Below, piece by piece: positions 30,010 to 40,082 of a stretch of DNA of 64,000 nucleotides. The position numbers and the translations under genes were made by a program. Within the stretch, counting starts at the first letter, position 1. Each line of letters starts with the position of its first letter. The stretch lies in the IMG/VR virus record IMGVR_UViG_3300045988_091582; one strand, given 5' to 3'. The notes beneath the pieces were generated by a model. The model searched no databases. It was given only the letters and a program-made list of their open reading frames with translations, and had not been told where the DNA came from. The stretch comes from a virus.

Positions 30010-31164
30010 ATGGGTAAACAAATTTGGTTACAAGATGGCAATATTTTTAGTCAGGGCAGTGCTACAACAGTATCTCATCCTGAAGGATTACCGAAAGGTA
30101 TTTATGAAGTAAAACTCTCAATGACTGGATTTTATTTAAGTAAAATCGCTGAGTCTTTTACGTTTGATTACAAACTGTATGGTCTAAACCAGAAATTTAT
30201 TGATTATGTCTTAAAGACATATGAGAACACTACAGGAAATTTAGGTGTTCTGCTAGATGGAATCAAAGGAACTGGTAAAACAGTCACCGCAAAGGAATTT
30301 TGTAATCGTTTACAGCTTCCTGTAATCTTAGTACAATCAATGGGCAGTGATACTAATAGTAAATTAATAAAATATTTATCTACGTCTATTGATTTTGACT
30401 GTATCTTCTTCTTTGATGAATATGAGAAAGAATTTAAAAATTCTTCCGATGTTCTTTCTTTTATGGATGGTACTTATAACTCTATTTATCGTAAGGTATT
30501 TTTACTTACTACTAATGAGTTAAATGTAGACCCAAACCTTCTTGGTAGACCTTCTAGAATAAGATATAAAAAGTCTTTTAATAATCTTTCAGAAGAAGTT
30601 ACTAGAGAAATTCTTAACGATATCTTGGAAGATAAAACTGCTATAGAAAAAGTTATAGAGTTAACTCATTCTATGAATATTATTACTATAGATTTAATTA
30701 AAGCTATAGCTACTGAAATTAATATTCATGGAGTAGAAGCTCTTCCTGATATTAAAGAGACCTTTAATATTGAGTTTTCTAGATTTTCTTATTTATATAG
30801 AGAAGTACAAGTTAGACATTGTGGCTTGAAATTTACTCCTGAAAATATAAATAATTTATTGAAAATTTATAATCAGTATAGAGAACTTAAAAAGAAAGAT
30901 TGGGAAAATCGTTCTCACGAAGAAAAAGAATTCTGTAACGAATGGTCTTCTAAGTTCAGTGAAGATTATGGTTCTACTACTGAAGATAAAGAATTGAAAT
31001 ATCTAGAGACTGGAGACTATTTTGTAGATGATCGTATATTAATGGTAAATATTGCAGAAAAGTATGTAGTAACTATGACTGATTATGGATATATTAGAAT
31101 ATATTTAATTAATAGTTGCTATTCTACAAGTAAAGCTACAGGTCTTGTAAATTATAAATTATAA
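30010..31164 (+). CDS. AAA+ family ATPase
   Basis: Walker A GIKGTGKT, Walker B IFFFDEYE, arginine-finger-like LLGRPSRIRY. Confidence 0.65.
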   Translation: MGKQIWLQDGNIFSQGSATTVSHPEGLPKGIYEVKLSMTGFYLSKIAESFTFDYKLYGLNQKFIDYVLKTYENTTGNLGVLLDGIKGTGKTVTAKEFCNRLQLPVILVQSMGSDTNSKLIKYLSTSIDFDCIFFFDEYEKEFKNSSDVLSFMDGTYNSIYRKVFLLTTNELNVDPNLLGRPSRIRYKKSFNNLSEEVTREILNDILEDKTAIEKVIELTHSMNIITIDLIKAIATEINIHGVEALPDIKETFNIEFSRFSYLYREVQVRHCGLKFTPENINNLLKIYNQYRELKKKDWENRSHEEKEFCNEWSSKFSEDYGSTTEDKELKYLETGDYFVDDRILMVNIAEKYVVTMTDYGYIRIYLINSCYSTSKATGLVNYKL

Positions 31165-31243
31165 AAAAATAAATGCCCCCTTGTAATTAACATCAGTTAG
31201 TTCTTAGATATTTAATTTTTATTATTTAAACATTTACAAATTT

Positions 31244-32797
31244 ATGGAACATTTAGTTCTTATTGGTGTTGTCGCAGTCGCTATTATTGTACTGCTTGTT
31301 ATTATTGCTACAATGTATGTTAAAGCTCCTCCTTCGATGGCATACATTCTTTCAGGTTTTCGTAAGGAGCCACGAGTACTTATCGGTAATGGTGGAGTAA
31401 AAATTCCTGTACTTGAGCGATTGGATAAAGTATATCTTGGTCAAGTAACAGTTGATGTTAAGACTTCACAGCCAGTCCCTACTCATGATTTCTTGGATGT
31501 AATGGTAGATGCCGTATGTAAAGTTAGGGTAAAACCTGATACAGAAGGCACTAGACTTGCAGCTAAGAACTTCTTGAATATGAACTCTGTTCAGATTGCT
31601 GCTCAGGTAAAAGATTCTTTGGAAGGTAATATGCGTGAAGTAGTAGGCTCTCTTGACTTGATTAAAATTAACACTGATAGAGATGCATTCTCTGATGAAA
31701 TTCAGAAGAAGGCAGCTCCTGATATGGCTAAGTTAGGTCTTGAGATTTTGTCTTGCAATATTCAGAATATTACTGATGAGAAGGGCTTGATCCGTGATTT
31801 GGGTGCTGATAATACAGCAGCTATTCAGAAGAATGCTAAAATTACCCGTGCTAATGCTGATAGAGATGTAGCTAAGGCTCAGGCTGAAGCTGACAATGAG
31901 GCTAATGAAGCACGAGTAAAAGCTGACACCATTATTGCTGAACGTAATAATGAGTTAGCTATTAAGAGAGCTGAACTGAAGAGATTGTCTGATATTAAGA
32001 AGGCTGAATCTGATGCTGCATATAAAATTCAGCAACAGGAGCAGCAGAAGACTATTAATATCAAGACTGTAGATGCTGATATTGAGAAGACTCGTATGGA
32101 ACAGACTTTGTCTGAGGAGAAGATCAAGATTAAGCAGAATGAGTATCTTGCAGATGTAAATGCTAAGGCTGATGCTGATAAGTATCAGACAGAGATTGAT
32201 GCTCAGGCTGCTTTGGAGAAGCAGAAGCGTGAAGCTGAGGCAGAAGCTTATAAAGCAGAGCAGGCTGCTAAGGCTGTAAAAGCTAAAGCTGAAGCTAATC
32301 GTTATTCTCAGGAACAGGAAGCAGCAGGTATTCGTGCTAAGGGTGAAGCTGAAGCATATGCTACTCAGCAGACTATGACTGCTGAGGCTGCAGGTATTAA
32401 AGCTAAGCTTTTAGCAGAAGCTGAAGGTGTTAAGGCTAAAGGTCTTGCAGAGGCTGAAGCTATGCAGAAGAAGGCTGAGGCTTACAGTAAGTATGGTCCA
32501 GCGGCTATAATTGATACTATCTCAGATCTTTATAAGGATGTTCTTCCTGATATGGCTAAGCATATTGCAGAGCCTATGAGTAAGATTGGTAGTATGACAG
32601 TTTATGGTACCAATGGTACTGAGGCTTCTGGTATTTCAGGTAATGTACCTGCTGTTATCAAACAAACTCGTGACATGGTAAAGGATGCCACAGGTGTAGA
32701 TATGGCAGAAATTATGAAGGCTAACACTATTGAAGCTAAGGTTAACAAGAATGTTAACGTTAATGGCGACGTAGAGAACACCAACGTAAATGTGTAA
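31244..32797 (+). CDS. SPFH/band-7 (flotillin-like) protein
   Basis: N-terminal TM helix, SPFH-like core, long Ala/Glu/Lys-rich coiled coil; higher-GC gene. Confidence 0.6.
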   Translation: MEHLVLIGVVAVAIIVLLVIIATMYVKAPPSMAYILSGFRKEPRVLIGNGGVKIPVLERLDKVYLGQVTVDVKTSQPVPTHDFLDVMVDAVCKVRVKPDTEGTRLAAKNFLNMNSVQIAAQVKDSLEGNMREVVGSLDLIKINTDRDAFSDEIQKKAAPDMAKLGLEILSCNIQNITDEKGLIRDLGADNTAAIQKNAKITRANADRDVAKAQAEADNEANEARVKADTIIAERNNELAIKRAELKRLSDIKKAESDAAYKIQQQEQQKTINIKTVDADIEKTRMEQTLSEEKIKIKQNEYLADVNAKADADKYQTEIDAQAALEKQKREAEAEAYKAEQAAKAVKAKAEANRYSQEQEAAGIRAKGEAEAYATQQTMTAEAAGIKAKLLAEAEGVKAKGLAEAEAMQKKAEAYSKYGPAAIIDTISDLYKDVLPDMAKHIAEPMSKIGSMTVYGTNGTEASGISGNVPAVIKQTRDMVKDATGVDMAEIMKANTIEAKVNKNVNVNGDVENTNVNV

Positions 32798-32811
32798 ACA
32801 CTAAGTATCAC

Positions 32812-32842
32812 AGAGGGAGGGAATAATCTCTCCCTCTTTTTC
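32812..32842 (+). terminator. rho-independent terminator
   Basis: AGAGGGAGGG-AATAAT-CTCTCCCTC + TTTTT. Confidence 0.65.
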
Positions 32843-32859
32843 TAACTTTTAAAAATTTT

Positions 32860-34893
32860 ATGGAATACTTAGATTTTAGAAATCTTGTTACAGAAGCATG
32901 TAATAAGATGATTAAAGAGAACAAGCATCTCTTTATTCTTGACACTCAAAAAGAATTTTTATGGATGGCTTATATGGAATCTTTCCCTGAAGGAGCCGTA
33001 CGTCAAGAATTTAACTGTGTAAATTGTAAACATTTCATTACTCGCTATGGAGTATTAATCTCTGTGGATGAGAACTATAAAATACATTCTTACTGGGAGG
33101 ATGTTCACGCTGAAGGAATGTTTGCTAAAGTTGTAGATAATATGTTACAAGTGCTTAAAAATACTAAAATTAGAAATGCATTTGTTACAGAAGAGACTAC
33201 AATGGGTTGTAAATGTAATCAGCAGATACTACCTTCTAAAGAAATAATTACTTGGAACCATTTTTATGCTACTCCTACACGTAATTTAATTATGGATAAG
33301 TCTCAGACTCCAACATTCCGTGCAGGTGCTAAATCTTCACATGATGTATGGGTAAGAACTTTATCTGAAATTAATTATAATTCTGTACAAACAGTATTAG
33401 ACTTAATTGCAGATGATAATCTTTATAGAGGTGACACTTATCTGCGTCAAGTGAGTGCTTTAAAGACTGCTCTTGATACAATAGAGAGTAAGCACTTGGA
33501 AGGTTTTGAATTAGATAATTATGCTTGGATATCTTCCTGTGTACTTCCTGATGCTGTAACACATATACTTAATAGTGCTATAGGTCAGCTTCTTAAAGAT
33601 ATAACTGATACTAACAATGTTGAAAGTTCAGTTAAGAAGTTTGAAGCTATGGTTGCTCCTTATAATTATAAGAGACCTAAAGGTATTATCACCAAAACCC
33701 AGGTAGAAAATGCTTATAAAACTGTAGTAGAACTTGGTTATGAAGATTCTTTAGAAAGACGTCATGCTAAAGTAGAAGATATATCTATTGAAGATGTTAT
33801 CTTTGTAAATAGAGAAACTCGTAAGAGAATGTTAGGAGGATTTGATTCTCTTATGAATGAAACTTCTAATACTAGCAAAGCTGCTACAGATTTTGAGAAG
33901 ACTGCTATTCCAACAACTATGGAAGAGTTCCTTAATAATATTGTTTCTAAGGCTAGTAAGCTTGAATTATTCTTTGACAATAAGTTAAATAATAATTTAG
34001 TAACTCTTACTGCTCCAGTCAATAAAGAAGCTCCTTCTATGTTTAAATGGACTAATGGTTTTGCTTGGGCATACAATGGTAATATCTCTGATGCTATTAA
34101 ACAACGTGTAAAAGAAGTAGGAGGTAAGGTAGATGGCTATATGAGAATCTCTCTTCATTGGTATAATTACGATGATTTGGATTTACATATGATAAGTCCT
34201 TATGGACATGTCTGCTACAATAACAAATGTAACTTACTTGATGTAGATATGAATGCCTGTGGAGGTAGCGCCTCTGCAGAACGTGAGTTCCCTAAGAAGT
34301 TTTCCCGTGATGCTGTAGAAAATATCATTTTCTCAGGAATTCCTAAAGCAGGTACTTATAAAGTATTTATTAACAACTTTGAAAAAGTTGAAAATATTGA
34401 TTTAGGATTTGAAGTAGAAGTAGAACTCAATGGAGTTGTTCATACTTATGTATATAACAAAGATATTCCTGATAAAAGTGATGTTTCAGTATTAGACTTT
34501 ACTTCTAATGGACGTGAAGTTATCTTTACTAAGGAACATTTAAGTAGTACTACAGCATCTAAAGAAATTTGGGGAGTAAAGACTCAGAACTTCGTTGAAG
34601 TATCTGCTATATGCTTATCTCCAAATTACTGGGGAAATAATAAAGTAGGTGCTAAGCACTATTTCTTTATGTTAAAGGATTGTAAGAATCCAGATGCTGT
34701 TCGTGGATATTTTAATGAGTATCTTAAAGACGAACTCACTAAGAATCATAAGAGAGTATTTGAAGTATTAGCATCTAAAGCTTTAACTCCTTATGATGAT
34801 AATCAGATGAGTGGTTTAGGATTTATAGCAACTTCTCGTAACCAAATTATGGTTAGAGTAGATTCAGGTAAAATTTATAAAGTAAACATTTAA
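32860..34893 (+). CDS. large hypothetical protein (677 aa)
   Basis: Track ORF; CVNCKHF Cys cluster; GGKVDGYMR resembles a KxDG nucleotidyltransferase motif, but this is weak. Confidence 0.5.
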   Translation: MEYLDFRNLVTEACNKMIKENKHLFILDTQKEFLWMAYMESFPEGAVRQEFNCVNCKHFITRYGVLISVDENYKIHSYWEDVHAEGMFAKVVDNMLQVLKNTKIRNAFVTEETTMGCKCNQQILPSKEIITWNHFYATPTRNLIMDKSQTPTFRAGAKSSHDVWVRTLSEINYNSVQTVLDLIADDNLYRGDTYLRQVSALKTALDTIESKHLEGFELDNYAWISSCVLPDAVTHILNSAIGQLLKDITDTNNVESSVKKFEAMVAPYNYKRPKGIITKTQVENAYKTVVELGYEDSLERRHAKVEDISIEDVIFVNRETRKRMLGGFDSLMNETSNTSKAATDFEKTAIPTTMEEFLNNIVSKASKLELFFDNKLNNNLVTLTAPVNKEAPSMFKWTNGFAWAYNGNISDAIKQRVKEVGGKVDGYMRISLHWYNYDDLDLHMISPYGHVCYNNKCNLLDVDMNACGGSASAEREFPKKFSRDAVENIIFSGIPKAGTYKVFINNFEKVENIDLGFEVEVELNGVVHTYVYNKDIPDKSDVSVLDFTSNGREVIFTKEHLSSTTASKEIWGVKTQNFVEVSAICLSPNYWGNNKVGAKHYFFMLKDCKNPDAVRGYFNEYLKDELTKNHKRVFEVLASKALTPYDDNQMSGLGFIATSRNQIMVRVDSGKIYKVNI

Positions 34894-34905
34894 TAATTAA
34901 CAACA

Positions 34906-35274
34906 ATGTACAAAGAAGCATTACAGAAGAAATTACGTTTTAAGACAAACAAGGGTATGATTACTACAGAAGATTTGTTCGACTTATCTCTGCAGAATCT
35001 TAACACTTTAGCTATCATGCTGGATAAGAAGATTAGTGAGGCTCCTAAGAAGTCTTTCATTGAAGAGCTTCCAGCTGAAGAAAATGATGATGAACTTCGT
35101 TTCAGCATCGTAAAAGATGTAATTAATATTAAATTAAAGGCTCGTAAAGACAATATTAATAGAGCCCAGATTGATGCTCGTAACAAACGTATTGCTGAGC
35201 TTATCGCAAAGAAAGAGGACGAAGTTCTTGAGAATAAATCTATTGAAGAGCTTCGTGCTATGATTCAAAATTAA
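34906..35274 (+). CDS. hypothetical protein
   Basis: Track ORF 122 aa; acidic/coiled-coil. Confidence 0.45.
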   Translation: MYKEALQKKLRFKTNKGMITTEDLFDLSLQNLNTLAIMLDKKISEAPKKSFIEELPAEENDDELRFSIVKDVINIKLKARKDNINRAQIDARNKRIAELIAKKEDEVLENKSIEELRAMIQN

Positions 35275-35402
35275 AATTTTTAAGATTTTATTTTTAGAAA
35301 AAAAATTCACAACTATAATAACATCAGTAATAAGGAATACTTATTGAACGTTGTGAAACGTGAATTATAGTCGTGATAATTAAAAGGAAACTCAATCTTT
35401 TG

Positions 35403-35432
35403 AGGGGACTCTATTTAGAGTCCCCTCTTTTA
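35403..35432 (+). terminator. rho-independent terminator
   Basis: GAGGGGACTCTATTTAGAGTCCCCTC + TTTT. Confidence 0.65.
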
Positions 35433-35439
35433 GTTTATT

Positions 35440-35661
35440 ATGACTAGCAAATTTAAATTGTATGAAAGTATTGTCTTAGACAATATTAAATTTACAGTTA
35501 CTAATATTAGTGTAATTCCACAATGTGCTCAATATATAGATAATAAATTTGTCTATTTATTTGATTTTAATTATTCTTTAAGTTATGGGGATTACAAGAT
35601 AGAACTCACAGAAACAGAAATAAATAATTTAATTAAAAATAATAAAGTAAACAAAAATTAA
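35440..35661 (+). CDS. hypothetical protein
   Basis: Track ORF 73 aa. Confidence 0.4.
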   Translation: MTSKFKLYESIVLDNIKFTVTNISVIPQCAQYIDNKFVYLFDFNYSLSYGDYKIELTETEINNLIKNNKVNKN

Positions 35662-35831
35662 CTTTTTTAATTTTATAATTAAATTATATTTACATCACAA
35701 ACGGGTTAGGACTGTTATAGTTACGAATTTCACGATTAACCTGATTCCCAGATGTATATATCTATAAATATACTGACTTTTTTGAAGATTTCAACATGAA
35801 ATTGGAAGGGTCGTACTTACCTTAGTACACA

Positions 35832-35865
35832 GAACCGAGAATTGGGAAGTTCTCGGTTCATTTTT
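35832..35865 (+). terminator. rho-independent terminator
   Basis: GAACCGAGAATTGGGAAGTTCTCGGTTC + TTTTT. Confidence 0.6.
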
Positions 35866-35940
35866 AAATTTTATTAAAATTATATTTTGAATAATAAAAT
35901 TTAGATTTATAATAGTCATTACGATAAAAAAGAATAAAAA

Positions 35941-36097
35941 ATGAAGAAATTACTTGTATTTAGTGTATTATTTACACTTTTGAGTTGTTCTACTGGTTCA
36001 AATAATTCAGTAAATTCAACTTCAAATGATTCTATTAATGTTGATACTACAGTAGTTGATACTACTGCTATTGATTCAACTGTGTGTCCTGATTAAT
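35941..36097 (+). CDS. small lipoprotein
   Basis: MKKLLVFSVLFTLLSC signal peptide with LSC lipobox; 51 codons, then hairpin GTCCTGATTAATCAGGAC; below track cutoff. Confidence 0.4.
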
Positions 36098-36107
36098 CAG
36101 GACTTTC

Positions 36108-36188
36108 GTCTAGATAGCCAAGTGGTCAACGGCAGCAAGCTGTTAACTTGCCCCGAAAGGTTCCTAGGTTCGAATCCTAGTCTAGGCG
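36108..36188 (+). tRNA. tRNA-like gene, anticodon GTT with long variable region
   Basis: GTCTAGA/TCTAGGC acceptor; D arm GCC..GGC; anticodon arm GCAAG-CTGTTAA-CTTGC; T arm CTAGG-TTCGAAT-CCTAG; 12-nt variable region is unusual for a GUU anticodon. Confidence 0.45.
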
Positions 36189-36200
36189 CAATAAACATAT

Positions 36201-36271
36201 GGAGTATTAAGCCCTGTTGGTAAGGGAACTAGACTGTCACTCTAGTAAAACTAAGGGTCCCTTATATTCCG
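36201..36271 (+). tRNA. tRNA-Asp(GTC)-like, no canonical T arm
   Basis: GGAGTAT/ATATTCC acceptor; anticodon arm CTAGA-CTGTCAC-TCTAG; T region replaced by a short AAGG-GTC-CCTT hairpin. Confidence 0.35.
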
Positions 36272-36404
36272 CAAATAATGGAGAGCACCTAGTTGTTAAC
36301 TGGGTGGTTGTTAGAGGTAGCGGTGGCAGCCTGATAGCTCAATGTATTATTAGAATATGGTCACGATAGTTTGCCCGTCTAATGCCATATTCGCCTTTAT
36401 TCTA

Positions 36405-36476
36405 GCTTCAATAGCACAGTGGTAGTGCAGCTCACTTGTAATGAGCAGGTCGTGGGTCCGAATCCTACTTGAAGCT
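36405..36476 (+). tRNA. tRNA-Thr(TGT)
   Basis: GCTTCAA/TTGAAGC acceptor; D arm GCAC-AGTGGTA-GTGC; anticodon arm GCTCA-CTTGTAA-TGAGC; T arm GTGGG-TCCGAAT-CCTAC. Confidence 0.75.
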
Positions 36477-36656
36477 CTCTAATTTAACATGGAGCATGTA
36501 CCAAAGCAGTATCTTAACTCAAGGGGCATTGAAAAGAGAGGTAACGTTACTCATAATATAGTCATGTCGAAGGTTGAGAGAACCTTATAAAAAGTCATCG
36601 ATAGATGGTACTGAAAGACTTTGCTTCGCCGAAAATTCTTTAAAACAACATATATC

Positions 36657-36725
36657 GCGGATGTGGTGTAATGGTAACATGCTAGGCTCATAACCTAGAG
36701 TAGTCGTTCAAATCGAACATCCGCA
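36657..36725 (+). tRNA. tRNA-Met/Ile(CAT)
   Basis: GCGGATG/CATCCGC acceptor; anticodon arm CTAGG-CTCATAA-CCTAG; T loop TTCAAAT with a weak 3-bp stem. Confidence 0.6.
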
Positions 36726-36787
36726 AGATTCACATAGTAAGAACCTCCACGTGGTGTGAATTGGGTAATGCTAATCTTACTAAAAAT

Positions 36788-36871
36788 TATCTAGTATGTG
36801 AAGTGGTCAAACACAACAAACTGTAAATTTGTCGCTATTTAGCTTCGGGAGTTCGAATCTCTCCTAGACAA
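36788..36871 (+). tRNA. tRNA-Tyr(GTA), type II
   Basis: TATCTAG/CTAGACA acceptor (one A-C mismatch); D arm TGTG..CACA; anticodon arm ACAAA-CTGTAAA-TTTGT; long variable arm; T arm GGGAG-TTCGAAT-CTCTC. Confidence 0.55.
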
Positions 36872-36891
36872 CTAATTAAAAAATAAATAAT

Positions 36892-37368
36892 ATGGAAAAA
36901 ACTTTTAATTATCAATCTGACGCAAACTTTTATGATAAAAAGGATTTTATTATAGCTGTTTTAAAAAGAAAAATAAATAGTTTTAAAGAGTATGATGCTG
37001 AAAGAAAAAAACATTATGCTGGTTTAGAACAAAAAGTTGGAGAATTAGAGTCTTATATAGACGAATTAGAAAATGGACTTAGTATAGATTCTTTAAATAA
37101 TAAGATTCAGTCTTTAGAAAATGAGATTGAGAAACAGAATCTTAAAATTAGAGAGTTAAGAGCTAAAGTTAATATATCTTTATTTGATGATACTAAATCT
37201 TTTAGAGAATTAGAATCTATGGCAAATAATTTGAAAGACTTTAATAGTATGAAATTGGCTATTAAAGATCTTAGAAAACAACTTAAAGATAATAAAAAAA
37301 CTATATCTGATTTAATATATGAATTAACACAAGCAAAACTTAAAATAAAACAATTAACTGGAGAGTAA
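36892..37368 (+). CDS. coiled-coil protein
   Basis: Track ORF 158 aa; heptad-rich. Confidence 0.45.
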   Translation: MEKTFNYQSDANFYDKKDFIIAVLKRKINSFKEYDAERKKHYAGLEQKVGELESYIDELENGLSIDSLNNKIQSLENEIEKQNLKIRELRAKVNISLFDDTKSFRELESMANNLKDFNSMKLAIKDLRKQLKDNKKTISDLIYELTQAKLKIKQLTGE

Positions 37369-37378
37369 TCTCCAATTT

Positions 37379-37452
37379 GGGGCGTCGGCTCAAGTGGTCA
37401 GCACCTGCTTTGCACGCAGGCATTCTTAGGAGTTCGAATCTCCTACGCTCCA
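37379..37452 (+). tRNA. tRNA-Ala(TGC)
   Basis: GGGGCGT/ACGCTCC acceptor; anticodon arm CCTGC-TTTGCAC-GCAGG; T arm AGGAG-TTCGAAT-CTCCT. Confidence 0.75.
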
Positions 37453-37470
37453 CTATTAAATTAAATATTT

Positions 37471-37809
37471 ATGAAAATAACTATTGATACAGACAATCTA
37501 GAAACATTAAAGTATAAAACTGAAGATGTTCCTATTTTAATGAAAACTTTCCAACAATTAATAAATAAATTAATGTATGAAGTAATAGGGAATTATTATT
37601 CTGTAGACGATGTTCCTGAAGATGTCCCAAAATGGGTAAAAGAAGAACTATTTAATGTAGGAAAAACCTGTTATGTGGATGGGCATATGAATAAAGAATA
37701 TATCTTTAAAGGTATTCAAGAAACATTTGAGGATTATTATTATATATTAGAAGATAATAATAAAAAAATTTCTTATTCTTCATGCGTTGGAAAGATATCT
37801 TATAAATAA
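37471..37809 (+). CDS. hypothetical protein
   Basis: Track ORF 112 aa. Confidence 0.45.
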   Translation: MKITIDTDNLETLKYKTEDVPILMKTFQQLINKLMYEVIGNYYSVDDVPEDVPKWVKEELFNVGKTCYVDGHMNKEYIFKGIQETFEDYYYILEDNNKKISYSSCVGKISYK

Positions 37810-37810
37810 T

Positions 37811-37878
37811 GTAGGATTAGTGTAGCTGAAGGCGCACATCACACTTCCAATGTGTGGGTTTGATTCCCACATCCTACA
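37811..37878 (+). tRNA. tRNA-Trp(CCA)-like, compact
   Basis: GTAGGAT/ATCCTAC acceptor; anticodon arm CACAC-TTCCAAT-GTGTG; T arm GTGGG-TTTGATT-CCCAC overlaps the anticodon stem; only 68 nt. Confidence 0.45.
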
Positions 37879-38345
37879 CCATAACAAAGCTCTAGAATAC
37901 TAGTTACAGGAGCAACGTAACTTATAGGGTGCCTCTCAACGATGCATACTCGCCTATTAGGTGTCGTAGAACCTACGAACTGGAATGATTCGATGGTTTT
38001 TTGCATTCCTATAGAATCCTAAATAATAAAAATAGAGACCATAAGATTGTCTCTAACAGGGGTGATTTACCTGGGATTCTTAATTTTTTAAATTCTCCTC
38101 CTAGATATTTTATAAGTTAAACTTTAAATTTGATTTACTATGATGAAAATTTTAAAAAGAACTTTAAAAGCATTTAAGAAGGGTTGGATTTGGTATGCTA
38201 ATCAATATTGTAGATTATACATGCCTCCAATTATTTAATCTTATTATTTAATTTGTAAGTACCAAAGGGGTACTTACTGATGTTGGGTCGGGCAATAAGC
38301 TCGACTTTTTTTGTTTGTATACATTTTTTAAAAATTTTATATATT

Positions 38346-38666
38346 ATGGGAATAATTAATACATTTAAAACAACATTAGACAATATTAATGGTGCTACTT
38401 GGATTAATAACGTTAAAATAGAAGGAGCACAAACCATTAGTATTAATAATGGTAAAATTTATGTAGATGGAAAATTAAGAGAAGATCTTAGTGAACCATC
38501 TATTGAAATAAAAATAGAAGGTACTGTAAATAGTGTACACACTGGTAGTGGCAATGTTTCAATTACAGGTAATGTTACCGCTATTAGTACTTCTAGTGGT
38601 GATATAAATTGTAAAGACGTTAAAGGTGGGATACAAACAATGAGTGGGGATATATATTATAACTAA
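38346..38666 (+). CDS. hypothetical protein
   Basis: Part of track ORF 38280..38666; ATG at 38346 (MGIINTFKTT) is the more likely start. Confidence 0.4.
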   Translation: MGIINTFKTTLDNINGATWINNVKIEGAQTISINNGKIYVDGKLREDLSEPSIEIKIEGTVNSVHTGSGNVSITGNVTAISTSSGDINCKDVKGGIQTMSGDIYYN

Positions 38667-38680
38667 AAAGATTATTTATA

Positions 38681-39064
38681 ATGAAAAGATTTAAATTTAT
38701 ATTAATATTATTATGTTTTTTATGTACTAAAAGTATTGCTCAAACTGTAACTCATGTAACTCTTACTTGTTATCAACCAGTAAAGAGTCAGTGTAATAAT
38801 GAGCCATTAATTACAGCTGATGGTTCTAAAATTAATCTACATCATTTAAAACATAATAAAATTAAGTGGTGTGCTATATCTCGTGATTTACTTTATTTAT
38901 TTCCAAAGAATAAACCTAAAAAAGTATTTATAGATGGATTTGGAATATATGAAGTTAGGGATGTCATGAATAAAAGACATAAGCATCGTATTGATATATT
39001 AATACATCCTAAAAATTCTAAGAGAATTAGTATTAAGAATGTAAAAATTAAAATTCTTAAATAA
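38681..39064 (+). CDS. secreted hypothetical protein
   Basis: Track ORF 127 aa; signal peptide MKRFKFILILLCFLCTKSIAQ. Confidence 0.5.
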   Translation: MKRFKFILILLCFLCTKSIAQTVTHVTLTCYQPVKSQCNNEPLITADGSKINLHHLKHNKIKWCAISRDLLYLFPKNKPKKVFIDGFGIYEVRDVMNKRHKHRIDILIHPKNSKRISIKNVKIKILK

Positions 39065-39200
39065 ATTTTTTAATTATATAATGAACAGATGACATTAAAA
39101 GAAATTGTAGAAGCCTTTGATGGTAAGAAGAAAGGGACTAGTAAGTTTATCTTATTAGTCCCTATTTTTGTATTAGCATTACTAATATTTATTAATTTAA

Positions 39201-39401
39201 ATGGTTAAGTATAAAAAGTGTGGAGCATTACGAATTAGAGTAGATGGTAATAAATGTATTGTAGTAAATCTTAAATTACCTTCTATCACTAGTCGTAGTA
39301 CTTCGTATTTAGATTTTTTAAGAGAAACTATTTTAGATAGTAATAAGCAAGAGTTTAATAATGCTGTAGAAACAATCTGTACTAGGATTAAATCTTTATA
39401 G
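39201..39401 (+). CDS. hypothetical protein
   Basis: Track ORF 66 aa. Confidence 0.35.
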   Translation: MVKYKKCGALRIRVDGNKCIVVNLKLPSITSRSTSYLDFLRETILDSNKQEFNNAVETICTRIKSL

Positions 39402-39466
39402 TATTATTCATCTTACTTATCATAACGCAGATGATTGTTAGTATAAAATTATTAGTATGATTAAAT

Positions 39467-39649
39467 GTGTTTATTGATTTAACATTAGACAATGATAGTA
39501 TTAATAGAAGATATTTAATAGCCGTAGATGATATTTCCTTAGTAGAAGAAGTTGGTGAAAGCTCTTATATTATGTTAAAGAGTGGAAACTGCTTATCTGT
39601 GAAGGAATCTATTGATTATGTAAAATCTTTATTAGACAATGTCAAATGA
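39467..39649 (+). CDS. hypothetical protein
   Basis: Track ORF 60 aa. Confidence 0.35.
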   Translation: MFIDLTLDNDSINRRYLIAVDDISLVEEVGESSYIMLKSGNCLSVKESIDYVKSLLDNVK

Positions 39650-39863
39650 AAAAGTAAAAATTGATTTTGGATGTGGAACTTCACTTATTTCAGGGTCTTT
39701 CCTGATTTTATTGATAGCTAAAGTTCTCTCACATTCAGATATTTCATGGTTAGTTGTTTTTAGTCCACTCTTAATAGGAATAGGACTTGTAATTATATTA
39801 TGTATTATAGGGTTAATTTTATATTATATACCTGATGGAAGATTTAACAGACATTATAAATGA
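39639..39863 (+). CDS. small membrane protein
   Basis: Track ORF 74 aa; two hydrophobic helices. Confidence 0.4.
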   Translation: MSNEKVKIDFGCGTSLISGSFLILLIAKVLSHSDISWLVVFSPLLIGIGLVIILCIIGLILYYIPDGRFNRHYK

Positions 39864-39899
39864 TTTAGACGATTATTGGAATGATCTAGAAGCAGATTA

Positions 39900-40082
39900 T
39901 TGGAATTCTTTAGAAAAAGAAGGACTATGAATTCAGATACTGCTAAAATAAAAGCAAATAAAGCTTGGAAAACATTAATTGCAGAGTCTTCTTATCTATT
40001 AATGTCTAGTAGAGAGTTAGAAAAGTGTAAAAACTTTTTTATTCTAGGATATTATACAGCAATTATGGATTCTAACTTATGA
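39900..40082 (+). CDS. hypothetical protein
   Basis: Track ORF 60 aa; alternative start at 39927. Confidence 0.3.
   Translation: MEFFRKRRTMNSDTAKIKANKAWKTLIAESSYLLMSSRELEKCKNFFILGYYTAIMDSNL

Noticed and set aside
32602-35186. Antisense track ORFs 32602..32811, 33371..33562, 33762..34076 and 34890..35186
   Set aside because: Each lies inside or against longer, motif-bearing plus-strand genes.
38231-38437. Minus ORF 38231..38437 and the 5' extension of track ORF 38280..38666
   Set aside because: Poor composition. The internal ATG at 38346 gives a cleaner start for the plus-strand gene.
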